Assembly (NCBI RefSeq): GCF_021869535.1
Contig: NW_026262701.1
Location: 67,580,001-67,644,000 of the forward strand
DNA from: Mytilus californianus
Taxonomy: Eukaryota
Direction of reading: 5' to 3'
DNA length: 64,000 nucleotides
Part shown: piece after piece, positions 14,001 to 26,589 of the stretch
Layout of the letters: each line of letters begins with the position of its first letter
How positions within the stretch are numbered: position 1 is the stretch's first letter
The notes under the pieces: generated by a model
The model's database searches: none
Told to the model about the DNA's origin: nothing
The model's input: only the letters and a program-made list of their open reading frames with translations
Translations under genes and position numbers: made by a program

Positions 14001-14775
14001 ATCAAATCATTTCAAAAACTTATAGTTAAAGATCAAGTAACAATTAAGAAACAACGAACACTCCAGAACGCCCGGACGTCATATCGAAAGAACTGTATCC
14101 GTTCCCAGAGCTAGTGTCGATTTGCATTCTTTTATATGCGCAGGCGTTTAAAGCATGTCTATGGAAGAGTTTTCCAAGTTATGTTATGTATGTCTCGGTT
14201 TCTTTAAATGATGTCGAAATATATTTTATTCGCATTTTGATATTTTTCACTTGTAAAAAAAATCATATTCTTACCCATATTTTGTCTGTGTGCCATCACT
14301 TTCTGCAAGATGCTTTTTATGTGTTGTCTTGGGAAATCTCCAGTTTCCGAATTGAAGTTAACCTCAAGGGATTCGCTGATTGTAGCGAATACATCAATTC
14401 TGGAAAAAATGAATAATGATTGAAACCAACTAATAAACCTGACTTATTTTATGTTTTATAAGACGATTTCACTTCATACCAGATATTGTGTTTGTGTTCA
14501 AACTATTTGGCATGGGTATGTCTCATGCTAATAAGATTTTAGCAATTAATTAATTAAAATGTTTTAATAAAAACAATAATATACCCTTTCCCAGTGTTTC
14601 TGACAATGAAAAAGTGTATATAGGGGACCGTTAAAAGGGAAACAAAAGATAGAGTGGCAAAACAATGAAACTAGTATACATAATTGCGAAACATTTTCAA
14701 TGAAAAAACTTACGTTCTGTGTGCAACAGAAGTAATGCTGTAAATATCAGGAAAATAGACACAATCCATTTTCAT
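8027..14775 (-). CDS. Paralogue A: 10-exon gene, 419 aa; putative divergent F-BAR (FCH/coiled-coil) + SH3-like protein (PSTPIP/PACSIN/NOSTRIN-type architecture)
   Basis: Exons (minus strand): 14775-14714, 14399-14275, 13892-13724, 13046-12941, 12211-11975, 11332-11232, 10648-10546, 9806-9680, 8672-8568, 8151-8027. All introns are GT-AG, all phases are compatible, there are no internal stops, and every exon is mirrored in copy B. Protein: MKMDCVYFPDIYSITSVAHRTIDVFATISESLEVNFNSETGDFPRQHIKSILQKVMAHRQNMEFPEINKLFYLLTEMVLGVVGAHETASYSSSKSIAERIQNKIVKVVSSSDSILPIPTFDQIKTKELYAKVEEMNKLQRTHTYIYKELQRQQEMCWIADNKVHKYELCLKTAELSLNHLAGKLSSKNLKARNNSIEHLQTTLNDKKQKATETVKRYQILLTKEKMTRNALRLLESDLLDDIRFNLTDRIHSGLLSMKYILAAHTNKLYEVLPHIDDFDCRLAAESIIEKLSSKYQFSSPQEFHTATGYKAKLPDVQFVNYKSAIQIMKEQPFEATKEQRNNNNVSCQDNQFDFLINNYVKTKDLSVKTNECFVKIKEGMVVKLKVATDESDFAFGWYKTNPWNQKRWGFFCKSTENMK. 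The gene model is strong; the family call is inference (about 0.55). Confidence 0.88.
8925..9268. mobile_element. Foldback/MITE with ~48-bp TIRs, TA target duplication and inverted octamer arrays (intron 8 of paralogue A)
   Basis: TA|tggtggccggatgcggccatttc ... gaaatggccgcatccggccacca|TA. The left half is (GAGAAATC)n and the right half (GATTTCTC)n. Absent from the matching intron of copy B. Confidence 0.85.
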
Positions 14776-14789
14776 TTCTTCGATTTCTT

Positions 14790-14935
14790 TTGAAAAGTCT
14801 GCTACTCAGAATTTTCTTGCTGTGCTGGGTTTTCCGTCGTAGTGAGGGAAAGATAGCCCGGGGAAAAAGGTAACGTCATAATCTGGACGTCTTCTTGTTG
14901 GACGTTGGAAAAATGTAGAACGTCACAGATAAAGC
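14790..14935 (-). promoter_or_regulatory. Conserved 5'UTR/promoter block of paralogue A
   Basis: Aligns with 26590-26755 upstream of copy B; contains four ACGT cores, including TGACGT half-sites at 14873-14878 and 14920-14925. Confidence 0.55.
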
Positions 14936-15783
14936 GATTTTTAGTTGGTTTGGATGGGGAGGCAAAATTGTAAAATACTGTTAAAACTTTACGGCGGAGT
15001 ATCCTTTTTTGGTGATTTTAATGAAATTGTGTTGCATCTAGGGACCGACCATTTAACTCTAATGGAGTGTTATGTTTTTTCTTTAAAAACAATTCTGATT
15101 CCCAACATTGAAGAAAAAAGGATTTTGATCAGGGAAAGGAAAAAAATATTTTCTGACTGAGAGTATTTGCCATTAAATTTTGATAATGAAAATTTTCGCG
15201 CTTCGCAATAAAAAAAATAAATAATTTGATGCTTACGTGGTGCCAAAATATTTTCTAAATGAAATGAAAACATACCTTCCTCTTCTTGAAAGCCAAATGG
15301 TCGTTCCCTTACAACTCTTTGAACTAAATTTGAATATACTTCCATTGATAATATCCATTTCGTGAATATATAAAATGTACATAAAAGCGTCGTTAAATTC
15401 TTGATTTCTCTTTAATTGTGAATTTCTGAAAACCTGTAAGTTATGAAAAAATGTTTTAAAGTGACATGGTATTGCTAAGAACATTTTCGTTTTAAATTCA
15501 TATGGGTTCACCGTATTCATTGTTTTTATTTTGTAGGAATCAGCTAATCTCAATATAAAGAATAAAAGACAAAATAAGCGTAATGTTAATTGTAAAGATT
15601 TGTCTTCGTTGGACCACAAGGGTACTGACTGGAGTATAGAAATATATGATTACCTGGTCTTTTCCCATTCTATAAAATCCATGCTAAATGAAAATAACAC
15701 TCTATAATGTTCGTACGTCCGAGGCAATTTTCTTAATTTACCTTCATAAGGAATACTCGAACCTAAACCTTTGAAATCCAGGG

Positions 15784-17345
15784 ATGTATAAAAACCTAGA
15801 AACGTATAGAGAGTATATTATTGTTACACAGCTGTCCAAGGTTAGAGTTTGGGTTGTCGCCTTCAAACTAGTTCAACCCCGCCACATTCTGTATGTGCCT
15901 GTCCCAAGTCAGAAGCCTGTAATTTGTTGCTGTATGCCATATTTGTTTTTCGTTCATCATTTTGTACATACATCAGGCCGTTAGTTTTCTCGTTTGAATT
16001 GTTTTACATTTGTCATTTACCCTGTTCAGTCTATACTCTCTTTTACTATGTTATTGTCCAGAAGGAGGGAGATAGTTTACCAACATGTCGAGCGGAAATC
16101 TTTAGCGCAATTTACATATTTTAAACGAAAATCTTTAAGCGTTTTTCTATCATTTTATTTTTTAATTATAATTTCCAGGACCGGATTTGCCCAAATTTTA
16201 ATCCGTCTTGGGATTAAGTGTTTAGAAATCTACCCAATTTTTTATTTGACAGTAGATAAGATTCAATAGGGATGGTTATCCGATGATTACCGTATGGTTC
16301 ATCATATATGTAGTGTAGCTAACCATCTAGTTCATAGAGTTTGAGAACGAGTTGCAGTTTAAGATAATCTTCAAGTTCGAGTTAAAGTTGGAATTGAAAT
16401 TTGAGTTAGAGTGAAAACTTGGAGTCCAAGAATTTCTTCTTAGAGCTGGAGTCGGTATTCGAGTTTTTGTAAACATTCGAAGACGAGTACAAATTCGACT
16501 TAATTGTCAATTTGGGTTTTGTTTTGCACTTTGACATTGAGTTACCGTATACCTTAGAGGAAAACATAAAAAACTATCTAACATTCATTTTTCAGCTGAT
16601 AAAATAATAAGAAGACGGGGTATGATTTCCAATGGGACAACTTTCCACCTGGGACCAAATGACGTAGAAGTTAGCAATTATAGGTCACCCTATGGCCTTC
16701 AGCAATGAGCAAAACCTATACCGCATAGCAAGCTATAAATGGTCTTAGCGGACACGACAAATGTAAAACAATCCAAACGAGAAAAACTAATTTATGTAAA
16801 AAATATAAACGAAAAGTAAATATGATAGACAGCAACCAACGACAACCAATGAATTAAATGTTCTGGGAAAGGCACAACCCTCTCCTAATCTGGGATAGTA
16901 GCGTAACAGCAAAACATCAGAAACAAAGTGTACGAATCAGTTGGAAAAAAAAGTAAAATAACAAAAAAACTGTCATATTCGTGACTTGGTACAGGCATTT
17001 TCTTATGTAGAAAATGGGGGATTAAACTTGGTTTTATAGTTAGCTAAACCTCCCACTTGTATAACAGTCGCATAGAATTCCATTATATTGACAACAATGT
17101 GTGAGAAAATCAAACAGACATAATAGGTAAAAATGTCAAAAATTGGGATACAGCAGTCAACATTATGATATATCTTAATCACTATAAAAACAAATAACTA
17201 TTTCAACAAAGGAAAACAAATTAAATGGCATAAGACACTCTATAGACAAAGTACATAAGCAAAAATGAAAGACAAGAATACAAAATTGACCATAGCACAA
17301 TAACACAATGGCGGGATGTATAAGTACCGAGCCACGCCAAAAGTA
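15784..17345. repeat. Cluster of mussel-type interspersed repeat fragments
   Basis: gtgcctgtcccaagtcag module (~15895), gggtatgatttccaatgggacaac module (~16618) and actgtcatattcgtgacttggtacaggc module (~16970-17340), each repeated elsewhere in the window. Confidence 0.7.
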
Positions 17346-17399
17346 TATTACCAAAAATGGACTAAACAGTAAAGGAATATTTATCAACAAGGTCTTGGT

Positions 17400-18065
17400 A
17401 TCTTCCAATGAGTTTTTTTTTTTTTAGAAAAAGGACGAGACATTCTTTGACATAACCTTGGCTCATAAACTTTCTGCTCAGACACTGGTGACGTTTTATA
17501 AAGTCTGACTAGCAGCTGCAAGCTCTTGAATACCGAATGAGTTGGGAAATGTATATCCCATATGCAGGTAAAATTGGGCTATTGCTGCTAAGGTGGGGGA
17601 AATTTATGATTTCAAATTAAAATCGTCTCATTTGTCATAGATTCTGGTACTGAGATGACCGCCGTGTCTGTTGTTTCTTTAATTTATAGTTCTGGCGGAT
17701 ATATTAATGGAACCCAATCAGAAAAGTTTGGATTGTTAATTGAAAGAACACCATCAATATATCTGATTGTGAAATTAAATGATCTGGCTTCTTTGATCTT
17801 CTTGTTTTTGACAGATGTCCGAAGGAACTCCGACTCATATGAAAATAAGAAGAGGTCGGCTAGGAGAGGAGCACAGATCTTTCCCATAGGAATGCTGACC
17901 ATTTGTTGAAAAAGTCTACCTTCAAATTCAACAAATATGCGGTCAATAAGAAACTCCAGCATACTGATCACTTGTTCCTCTGTATACCATGTTTTACCTC
18001 TTTGTTCACTATTAACAAAATATGCCGTATGGTATCCCAAAGCAATAAATTTATAGCGTATGCTT
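17400..18065 (-). mobile_element. Penelope-like element reverse transcriptase fragment (degraded)
   Basis: ORF 17684-18040: FQQMVSIPMGKICAPLLADLFLFSYE...RYIDGVLSINN, matching PLE GIPMG..CAP..ADL and RYIDD motifs. Continues as AYGIYISQLIRYSRAC at ~17500-17570. Confidence 0.85.
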
Positions 18066-18108
18066 CAAATTTTATATTGAAAAAAAGCAAAACATAAGAA
18101 CAAAATAT

Positions 18109-21100
18109 AACTAGAGGCTCTAAAGAGCATGGGTTGCTCACCTACGTCTCTGTGCATCTCAGTCAACAAAGGACACTCTCCAACATTGTAGATGAGAATA
18201 GAATTGGTGACAAATTTCTCTTTTTTTATCTTATATGGCAGATAATTTTTTCTGTATACAATTTCTCTCATTCTCCTTTAGTTTTTGCCTAAACACAAAA
18301 AAGGGTAAAAAAATCGTCAATTAAGGACAATCACTCATATACTATATAATATAAATAAAAAATGTGTAGATCTTGTCTTGCTGATAATTTTTGCAATTTA
18401 GGGTGTCTATCTATCATATATAGTTTTCAATATGTTTTTTATATAAAAATCGTCATTAAAGAGCAAAACCCTCATAAAGAGTCGACGGACGATTTCGGCC
18501 ATTAATCTTATTTGTAAATCTTGTTTTGCTGATCATTCTGGCTTCTAAAATTTCTTTATATCTCTTATAGTTTTTAATATCGATTTTGTCATCAGCAAAT
18601 TAAAACATAACTAAATTTGTATTCTTTTCTAACGTTTTTTTGGGATGTATAAATACACATCCACGTTCATTTTCTATATAGAGATTACTCCATCTATATA
18701 TTACATTATACATATTTATTAACAGGTTAACTCCTACTACTATCCTACTGACTGTCGATACTTTTATTTTGGCATTGCACAAGTCATGTCTTCTTCGACG
18801 TTAAAATACTAAATCCCTGGATGTGTTTTAGTTGATTTTAGTTTCTGGTGCACGATTTTTTATTATTAATTGTTTTTGGCTTTTAACAAGCTTTCAGTAA
18901 CTGCGAGTACTCTCAAATCGTACTTTCGTGTTAATTTGACCTGTTGATACAATTTGTAATGTATTTTTGTTATTTAATGTTTACTTATTCAGTGTTATAT
19001 CTAGTCTCACTATTTTTATATATACCACCTTTGATAAGTGTTTAGTATGACGATAAATTTTCACTTTTGTTTTCGTACTTGGAACAACAAAATTATTTAT
19101 TTTGTAAAAATTATTTCCGTACTCTATGTATACCTTACAACAAAATTATTTTTATTTACCTGTGTACGTTATTTTATTTGGCGGAATTTTGTCCAAAGTT
19201 ATGGTTGTCTTTCTGATATTGTTTTAAATCTAACCCCCTTGTTTTATTAATTTTGTATTTATATTGTGTCATAGATCAAATTTATTCGTTCAGTGTATGT
19301 TTAATATTGAGAATGGAAATGGGGAATGTGTCAAAGACAACAACCCGACCATAGAACAGACAACAGCAGAGGGTCACCAACAGGTCTTCAATGCAGCGAG
19401 AAATTCCATGAACCCTGAGGCGTCCTTCAGCTGGCCCCTAAACAAATATATATACTAGTTCAGTGATAATGAACGCCATACTAAACTCCAAATTGTACAC
19501 AAGAAACTAAAATTAAAAATAATACTTGTTTTTGTTAATATGTCTTTTGATTGAGTTAAGCCATTTCAATTGATATTTTATAGTGTGTCTTTCTATGTTG
19601 TGATGTTACATTATTGTTTCAGGTAGGGTGACGGTTGGCGCCTATTAAAACGTTTAAACCCACTGCATTTGTTTGCACCTGTCCTAAGTCAGGAACCTGA
19701 TGTTCAGTGGTTGTCGTTTGTTGATGTGGTTCATAAGTGTTTCTCGTTTCTCGTTTTTTTTATATAGATTAGACCGTTGGTTTTCCTGTTTGAATGGTTT
19801 TACACTAGTCATTTTTTTGGTGCCCTTTAAAGCTTGCTGTTCGATGTGAGCCAATGCTCCGTGTTGAAGGCCGTACTTTGACATATAATGGTTTACTTTT
19901 ACAAAATGTGACTTGGATGGAGAGTTGTCTCATTGGCACTCATACCACATCTTCTTATATCTATTTAGATTATAACACAAAAACGCAAAAAAAAAACAAA
20001 ATAGTAAAATAATGTCATTAAAGGTCACCAATTCCAATAAGGACGATTTCGGCCATTTGAATTATTTGTAGATCTTGTCTTGCTGGTAATTTTTGCCATT
20101 AACAGTGTCTACGTTTATATTATAGTTTTCAAGATAACACGCAAAAACACTAGAAATTATAAAAATCGTCATTAAAGAGCAATAACTCCGATAAGGAATC
20201 GACTGACGATTTCGGCCATTAGTATTCTGGCTTTTAAAAGTTTATATCTATCATTATAGTTTAATAAGATATAAGACTAAAAAGCAAAAACAAAAGGTAA
20301 ATTTTGTCATTAGAGGGCAATATCTCTAATAAGGAGTCCTCTAACGATTACGGCTATCATGTTGAATTATTTGTAGATCTTGTCTTGCTGATCAGTTTTG
20401 CTATAAAAAGTGTCTATATATCTATTATAGTTTTCAAGATAATATCCAAAAACACTAAATGATAATTTCAGCCGATAGACTTATTTGTAGATCTTGTTTT
20501 GCTGATCATTATGGCTTTTGAAGTTTTTGTCTATCTATCATAGTTTTTAAGATACAAAGACAAAAAAGCAAAAATTGTCATTAAGGGGTAATAACTCCAA
20601 TAAGGAGTTATCTGACGATTACCAATATGCTAACTTATTTGTAGATCTTGTATTGCTGATCAATTTTGCTGTTTAATGTTTCTTTCTATCTATATATTAT
20701 AGTTTTCAAGATAATAGGCAAACACACTAAAAATTAAAAAAAATCGTCATTGAAAAAAGCAATAACTCCAATTTGTAGATCTTGTTTTTATCATTCAAGA
20801 TAATTTGCAGAAATGGGGGAAATAAATGGTAAAATTCGTCATTAAAGGGTAATAACTCATATAAGAAGTAATGTTGTCTGACAGTTTAGACGTAAATGGA
20901 CAGTAGGTAGATCTCAACATTCTGATCATTTCTGCCACTGTCAGATTTTCTCTATATACTAGTATATCGGTTTTTAAGATAATAGACAAAACTTGCATTT
21001 TACCCTTATGTCCAATTTTTAGTCTTGTTTGCCATGTTGGTCAGAAGGCGTAGCAATCGGATACATTTGTAAACTAAATACCCCAACGATGATTGTGGCC

Positions 21101-21222
21101 AAGTTTGGGTAAATTTGGCCCTGTGGTTTCAGAGAAGATTTATGTTAGAGTTAACGGACGACGACGAGGGGTGCTAAGTAATGAGAAAAATGCACTTGGC
21201 CCTTTGAGCTAGGTGAGCTAAA
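18109..21222. mobile_element. Helentron/HINE-like non-autonomous element (aactagaggctc...ggtgagctaaa family) with ~160-bp internal tandem units and nested repeats
   Basis: Same termini as copies at 36167, 48423 and 56352. Internal repeats gtagatcttgtcttgctga..gtcattaaagggcaataactcc at ~18280-18600 and 19990-20870; interrupted by interspersed-repeat fragments at ~18690-19970. Confidence 0.75.
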
Positions 21223-21830
21223 TCAGTTGAAAAAGTCTTGACTAATCAGATCAACGAACAAAAAGAAATATCACTCCATTTTCTATATATATGTATAAGC
21301 GCAGATTTCAGTATCTATTAATGCTACTGTAGTTCAAGTTTCCTAATGGGAGATGTATTTACCTTATCAGAGTGGCTAAACACAACTCAGATCATTGGGA
21401 AATAAAATGATTTTACAAGTATTCACATAATTTGTAAATAAAAACCAAGATCAATTCATAAAAATAAATATTTAATAAAAGGTTTCATAAACATACACAC
21501 TTACATTCAACTCACAGATGTCACCTCTCTCTACCTTTCTCCTCAATAAACACTCATACTCATACAGATACAAAAAATCAAGCCACAGTCTGTCGATCAG
21601 TCCACCGACGCATATTCTCACACTTCTCACACAGACATATTCTCGCACACTCAAAACAAAAATATGTCCTCAATGTCCATGATGTCTCACAGGGACAAGT
21701 ATACTCTCACTCTATATATCACACACACCCACACACATATACGCCTACATATCAACAATGAAGCACGTGTTGTTTTAATCCATCCATAATAAAGTCAACA
21801 TCTAATCAAAGTTTATTTTCACTTCGTGAT

Positions 21831-24800
21831 TTAAGAGGATTTCCAAAAGAATCCCCATCTCTTTTGATTCCATGGGTTTGTCTTATACCACCCGAAGGCA
21901 ACGTCCGACTCGTCTGTGGCGACCTTCAACTTTACGACCATCCCTGAAAGAAAACAATCAAGATTTTTGTTTAACCTTGCATTCCCTGAACTGGTGAAAG
22001 TTTTAAAAAAAAATGATGATAGAGGGAGGAGTGTATTGTTTACCCGTTTGAAATATGAAACAAAATGAAAGACAATTTCCTCTGGATTTATACTCTTTAT
22101 TCCCTTCTAAATTTTAGTTTCTTCTGCCTCTTATTTATATCATAGTGATATAAAATTTATATTATTTTATTGTTCTTCTTTCTTTTTGTCTCCTAGTTGT
22201 CTCTTTTTTCTGTTTCTTGTTGTGTTCTTTGATTGCTGTTTCATTGGTGTATTCCTCCAACATATTTTTATTTACAAATGTATATATGTTTACACTTATT
22301 CTCATTGTTTTTGGCATGGGTTCTATTTTGAGAGACATTTGTCAAAACAAGAAACTGGTTCATGGCATTGGCATCGTATAATGTTATCATGACTGTATCT
22401 TCTGTCGTTTGTTTCTCCTCTCTATATACTATATTCGAAACCATCGTTATGACTTACCTTCTGTAATTTTGACACAGCATTTGTTTGTTTTCTCTGATAA
22501 GTCTTTTGTATTCACATAAGTGTTGATTAAAAAATTGAACTGGTTGTCTTGGCAACTGACGTCTGCAACACAAAATCGTTATCCCTTTGTTAGTGTTTAT
22601 CATTTAAAAAAAAAGGCAAATTGTAGCACAAGCATATTGTAGTTGCAACCGTATGTCAATTATGGCTTAAGTATCTTGTTTTTTTTTGTATTTGCAGTCG
22701 TATATCAAGTATGGCTTTAGCATCTTGTTATATATATAAACTTCATATTTCAGTGTTCGATATTCGCTCTGGTGTGTGAAAGAAGTTAATTGTAGAAACT
22801 CACCAGCTCTTTATCTTATTACACAAACACGGCCAATACAAATAATGCTACAAAATCATGACTTGTTGGTTTTCCCTTTGATTTGTTTTATATTTTGTAA
22901 TGTCAGGGCTTATCCTTTAGGTTAGATGTTTATATTTTCGATCTTTAGTCTCTGATGGAAATTGTCTCATTAGCAATAATACCAAATCTCCTTATTTTTT
23001 AATGAAAATAATAAATACACAATTAAGCGACTTACTATTATTATTGCGTTGTTCTTTGGTTGTAACAGATGGTTCTTCCTTCATTATATGTTGAGCTCTT
23101 TTGTGACTGACAAATTGTATCTCTGGTAGTTTGGTTTTGAATCTGTTTGCATTTCGAAATTCCTACACGAAATTCATCAAAGTAGTCAATATCACAACCA
23201 CAATTTACAAAACTGTGTTTACTATTAGAATGATAATTGCAAATATATGTGCTGTTCACAATAAACAATAAGAGAAAACAAATTTTCAAGCCTGTTATCC
23301 TTTAGTTATAACTGAAGAATATTCTAGTTCCAAGACATTACAACGACAAATGTTCTTAATATTTTCTGTAGGAACATATTTGTTTTTGTCTAGCACGTGA
23401 CGTAAGAATAATTACCTGTGGTGAACTGAACTGGTATTTGGAGCTAAGTTTATCTATTATTGATTCTGCAGCCAATCGGCAGTCAAAATTGTCAATGTGT
23501 GGAAGTAGTTCATAGAATCTACAAGACAAAAAATGGTGAATCCGCAAAAGGGTTTATAAACGTATCAATCAGAACAAGAACTGTTTGTCAGACAATTATT
23601 TGATTGTTCTCATAATGTACAAGTGTTACTAATTTAGGTCAGCAACAATATTATCAGTCTAGAAAGACCCAAAATTTCCACACAGAGGACTTCATGTGTT
23701 CATTTTATTAGGTAACGATCGTGTATAAGTTCTCTCTCATAAACAGTCACCCCTCTATTTCCTGTTACTTTCAATAATAATTATTACAACATATTCAATA
23801 ATATCTTACACCAATAACTTACTTGTTCGTTTGTGTTGCTAAGATGTATTTCAGACACACTAGTCCGCTCTGTAAACGCTCTACCAAGTTGAATTGTATA
23901 TCATCCAATAGTTCCCTTTCGAGCTAGATAACAAACAATAGAAAAATCGTATCAAGACTGAACTATGATAGGCATATACTAAACAAAATTCAAGTTCAGA
24001 TAAATCGTTATTACAGATTTTTAAAGAGCTATTCTACGCCGTGTTCTTGGAATTTATTGTGTTCTCTTTGTGTGTTAATTTGAATTTGTGGTTTTCTTTG
24101 AATAAAAAAAAAAATAAAAACAACTGACAGAAAGTGTGGGTCGACCAATAGTTGAGATTCATGTATAGGAAACGAAAAAATGGTTTATAAGTATTCTGTG
24201 CAAATCGATAAAATAGAAAATATCTTGCATTAAAAAACATCTATCATCTACACAACTAAATAATTTCTGAGTCATTTATATTTTCATTGCATTGTAAAAC
24301 AGTACAATACTAATAATAAAGATTAAAAATTGTACACTGATTTTTAGTTCTTCTGTCAAACTAACCAATCTCAAAGCATTTCTTGTAGTTTGCTCTTTTG
24401 TCATCAAAATTGAGTATCTCTTGGCTGTTTCCGCTGCTTTCTCTTTTTTATCAGTTAGTGTAGTCTGCAAATATTCAATGCTGTCATCTTTGGCTTTCAG
24501 TTTTGATCTTGATAGTTTGTTCGAATTGAAATATCTTGACAACTCGGCCGTTTTCAAGCATAATTCGTATTTCTCTACTTTACGGTCAGCAGTCCAACAG
24601 ATCTTTAAATATAAAACAATGTTATATTTAGTTGTTATTACGCCATATAACACAATTCATTTTCTAAACACCAGCTGCATGTGAATAGATTTTCCTAAAA
24701 ACTGTGGGAAAATGAATATACAAGCTTGATCGATGTTTGTTAAATGGTTTTTAATTGAAAAAAGTATTGATTGCATTTTTGTCTTCAATAAAGAGAGAGG

Positions 24801-26582
24801 GAGAAACAATACCAGTACATGCAATATTTATTTTATAGCAATTCGAATATCTGACCTAACAATTTTTGCAACCATCGACCCCTCGCCCCCAAAAAAGTAA
24901 GTAGGTTTTCAAATGAGTAGATTACGCTGTAAGAATTTACCTCCTGTTGTCTTTGTAGTTCTTTGTATATATATTTATGTGTTTTCATCAGTATATTCAT
25001 TTCTTCAACCTTTGCATGATATTCCTCAGTTGTTTTCTGATCAAAGCTGAAATATGTACAGCGTTATGAACAACACTCTCGTTAATATAGGGCATAGAAG
25101 TCAAAGAACGCTTTTGTGTATTTAAAGTAGAAACCTACTAGCTCATATAGGCATATATAGATTATATTTACAAGAAGAACAAACACTTTGTTTCTGATCT
25201 GTGTTATGCAAATATATGTTTAATCAACACTTTCATAAAATGAATGAATTCTGGAAAGCAACCACGAATATATCTTCTCACAATTGCTTCTAGCAAAATT
25301 ATACACCAGGTTAAACTATAGAGTAATCCGTTTATTTTTTTTAGCTGTCAATCCGTAAAAGGCTTTCATGTATTCAAAACAGAAAGCGCGGTTGTTCTAC
25401 TTTATATTTGGGTACAAAAAATCTTTTATTATAAACAGGCTACTAATAAAAAATTACTTAGTAACCGACTTCAAAGAAAGTGTATTGTACTTATTCATAT
25501 TTGTTTTTAATATTTCTGTGAGTTATCTGATTGAAACAACTTACGTTGGTATTGACAGAATGCTGTCAGAGGATGAAACCAGTTTAACGATTTTGTTATG
25601 AACCCTTTCTGCAACGGACTTTTTACTACTAGCTGTCTGATCATGTAAGCCGACGACACACAACAACGTCTCAGTCAGTAGATAAAACAACTTGTTTAAT
25701 TCCGGAAATTCTGGAACGAAAAAAGTTATGCATGCATATAATTAAATAGATATATCGAGTAAACTTTAGAATGTAAGATAGCATGCCAACTATAACGGTT
25801 TCCAAAAAAAAAAATGAAGATGCAAATTCACAATATGCTAATAAGAATAAGGAGATGTGGAATGATTGCCAATAAGACAACAATCCAAGCAACAACTAAG
25901 GCATAACGAAAAATTCAGAACGATTAATTAAAATTGTTTTCAAATTTATTTATGGTCACTAATCGATCAATCTTCCCAGTTACATTTACTACAAAACAGC
26001 TGCGATTGTCTAAAGTATAAATACCATCCACTGTTTCGTCGATATGCACTCTATTGCATGTGCAGCCGCTGATGTGAAAGTTTATGTGGGCGTTTGGAAG
26101 GCCAAGTGATGTTTTGTTCGCATTTTGATATTTTCTACCACTAAAATTAACTAACGTTTAACCTTACCCAAATTCTGTCTATAAGTCAGCAACTTCTTCA
26201 TGGTGCGTTTTATTTGTTGTCTGGGAAATTCGGCTGTTTTAGAATTGAAGTTCACCTCAAGTGTCTCGGTAATTGTGGAGAATACATCAATTCTGAAAAA
26301 AATGAGCTCGACATCAAGTTAGGAAACTTACTTATTTGAATTTTCCTTTGGATATGCTAGTTGGATTTTTTAGTTTTAAGACGGTTTCACTTCCGATGAT
26401 TATGTATCCCCCCCCCCCAAAAAAAAATAAAATAAAAAGAAAGCCATGCAAGATTCATTGGAGGTAATGTGGCAAACAAATAAAATTATACATAACTGCC
26501 AAAAATTTTCAACAAAAACAACTTACGTTCTCTGTGAAACTGATGTAATGCTGAAAATATCAGGAAAATAAACACAATTCAT
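21831..26582 (-). CDS. Paralogue B: 10-exon gene, 412 aa; putative divergent F-BAR + SH3-like protein
   Basis: Exons (minus strand): 26582-26527, 26292-26168, 25710-25545, 25046-24941, 24602-24366, 23923-23823, 23518-23416, 23162-23036, 22562-22458, 21943-21831. All introns GT-AG; internal exon lengths equal copy A except a 3-nt indel in exon 3. Protein: MNCVYFPDIFSITSVSQRTIDVFSTITETLEVNFNSKTAEFPRQQIKRTMKKLLTYRQNLEFPELNKLFYLLTETLLCVVGLHDQTASSKKSVAERVHNKIVKLVSSSDSILSIPTFDQKTTEEYHAKVEEMNILMKTHKYIYKELQRQQEICWTADRKVEKYELCLKTAELSRYFNSNKLSRSKLKAKDDSIEYLQTTLTDKKEKAAETAKRYSILMTKEQTTRNALRLLERELLDDIQFNLVERLQSGLVCLKYILATQTNKFYELLPHIDNFDCRLAAESIIDKLSSKYQFSSPQEFRNANRFKTKLPEIQFVSHKRAQHIMKEEPSVTTKEQRNNNNVSCQDNQFNFLINTYVNTKDLSEKTNKCCVKITEGMVVKLKVATDESDVAFGWYKTNPWNQKRWGFFWKSS. 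Confidence 0.88.
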
Positions 26583-26589
26583 TTTCTTT

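Noticed and set aside
14714-14775. Signal-peptide-like alternative frame in paralogue A exon 1 (KWIVSIFLIFTALLLLHTE)
   Set aside because: No in-frame ATG, wrong phase for exon 2, and the equivalent codon is TGA in copy B; synonymous changes support the M(D/N)CVYFPDI frame.
22268-22428. Open frame in copy B intron 9 as an alternative last exon
   Set aside because: Would need a 29-nt intron and has no counterpart in copy A.
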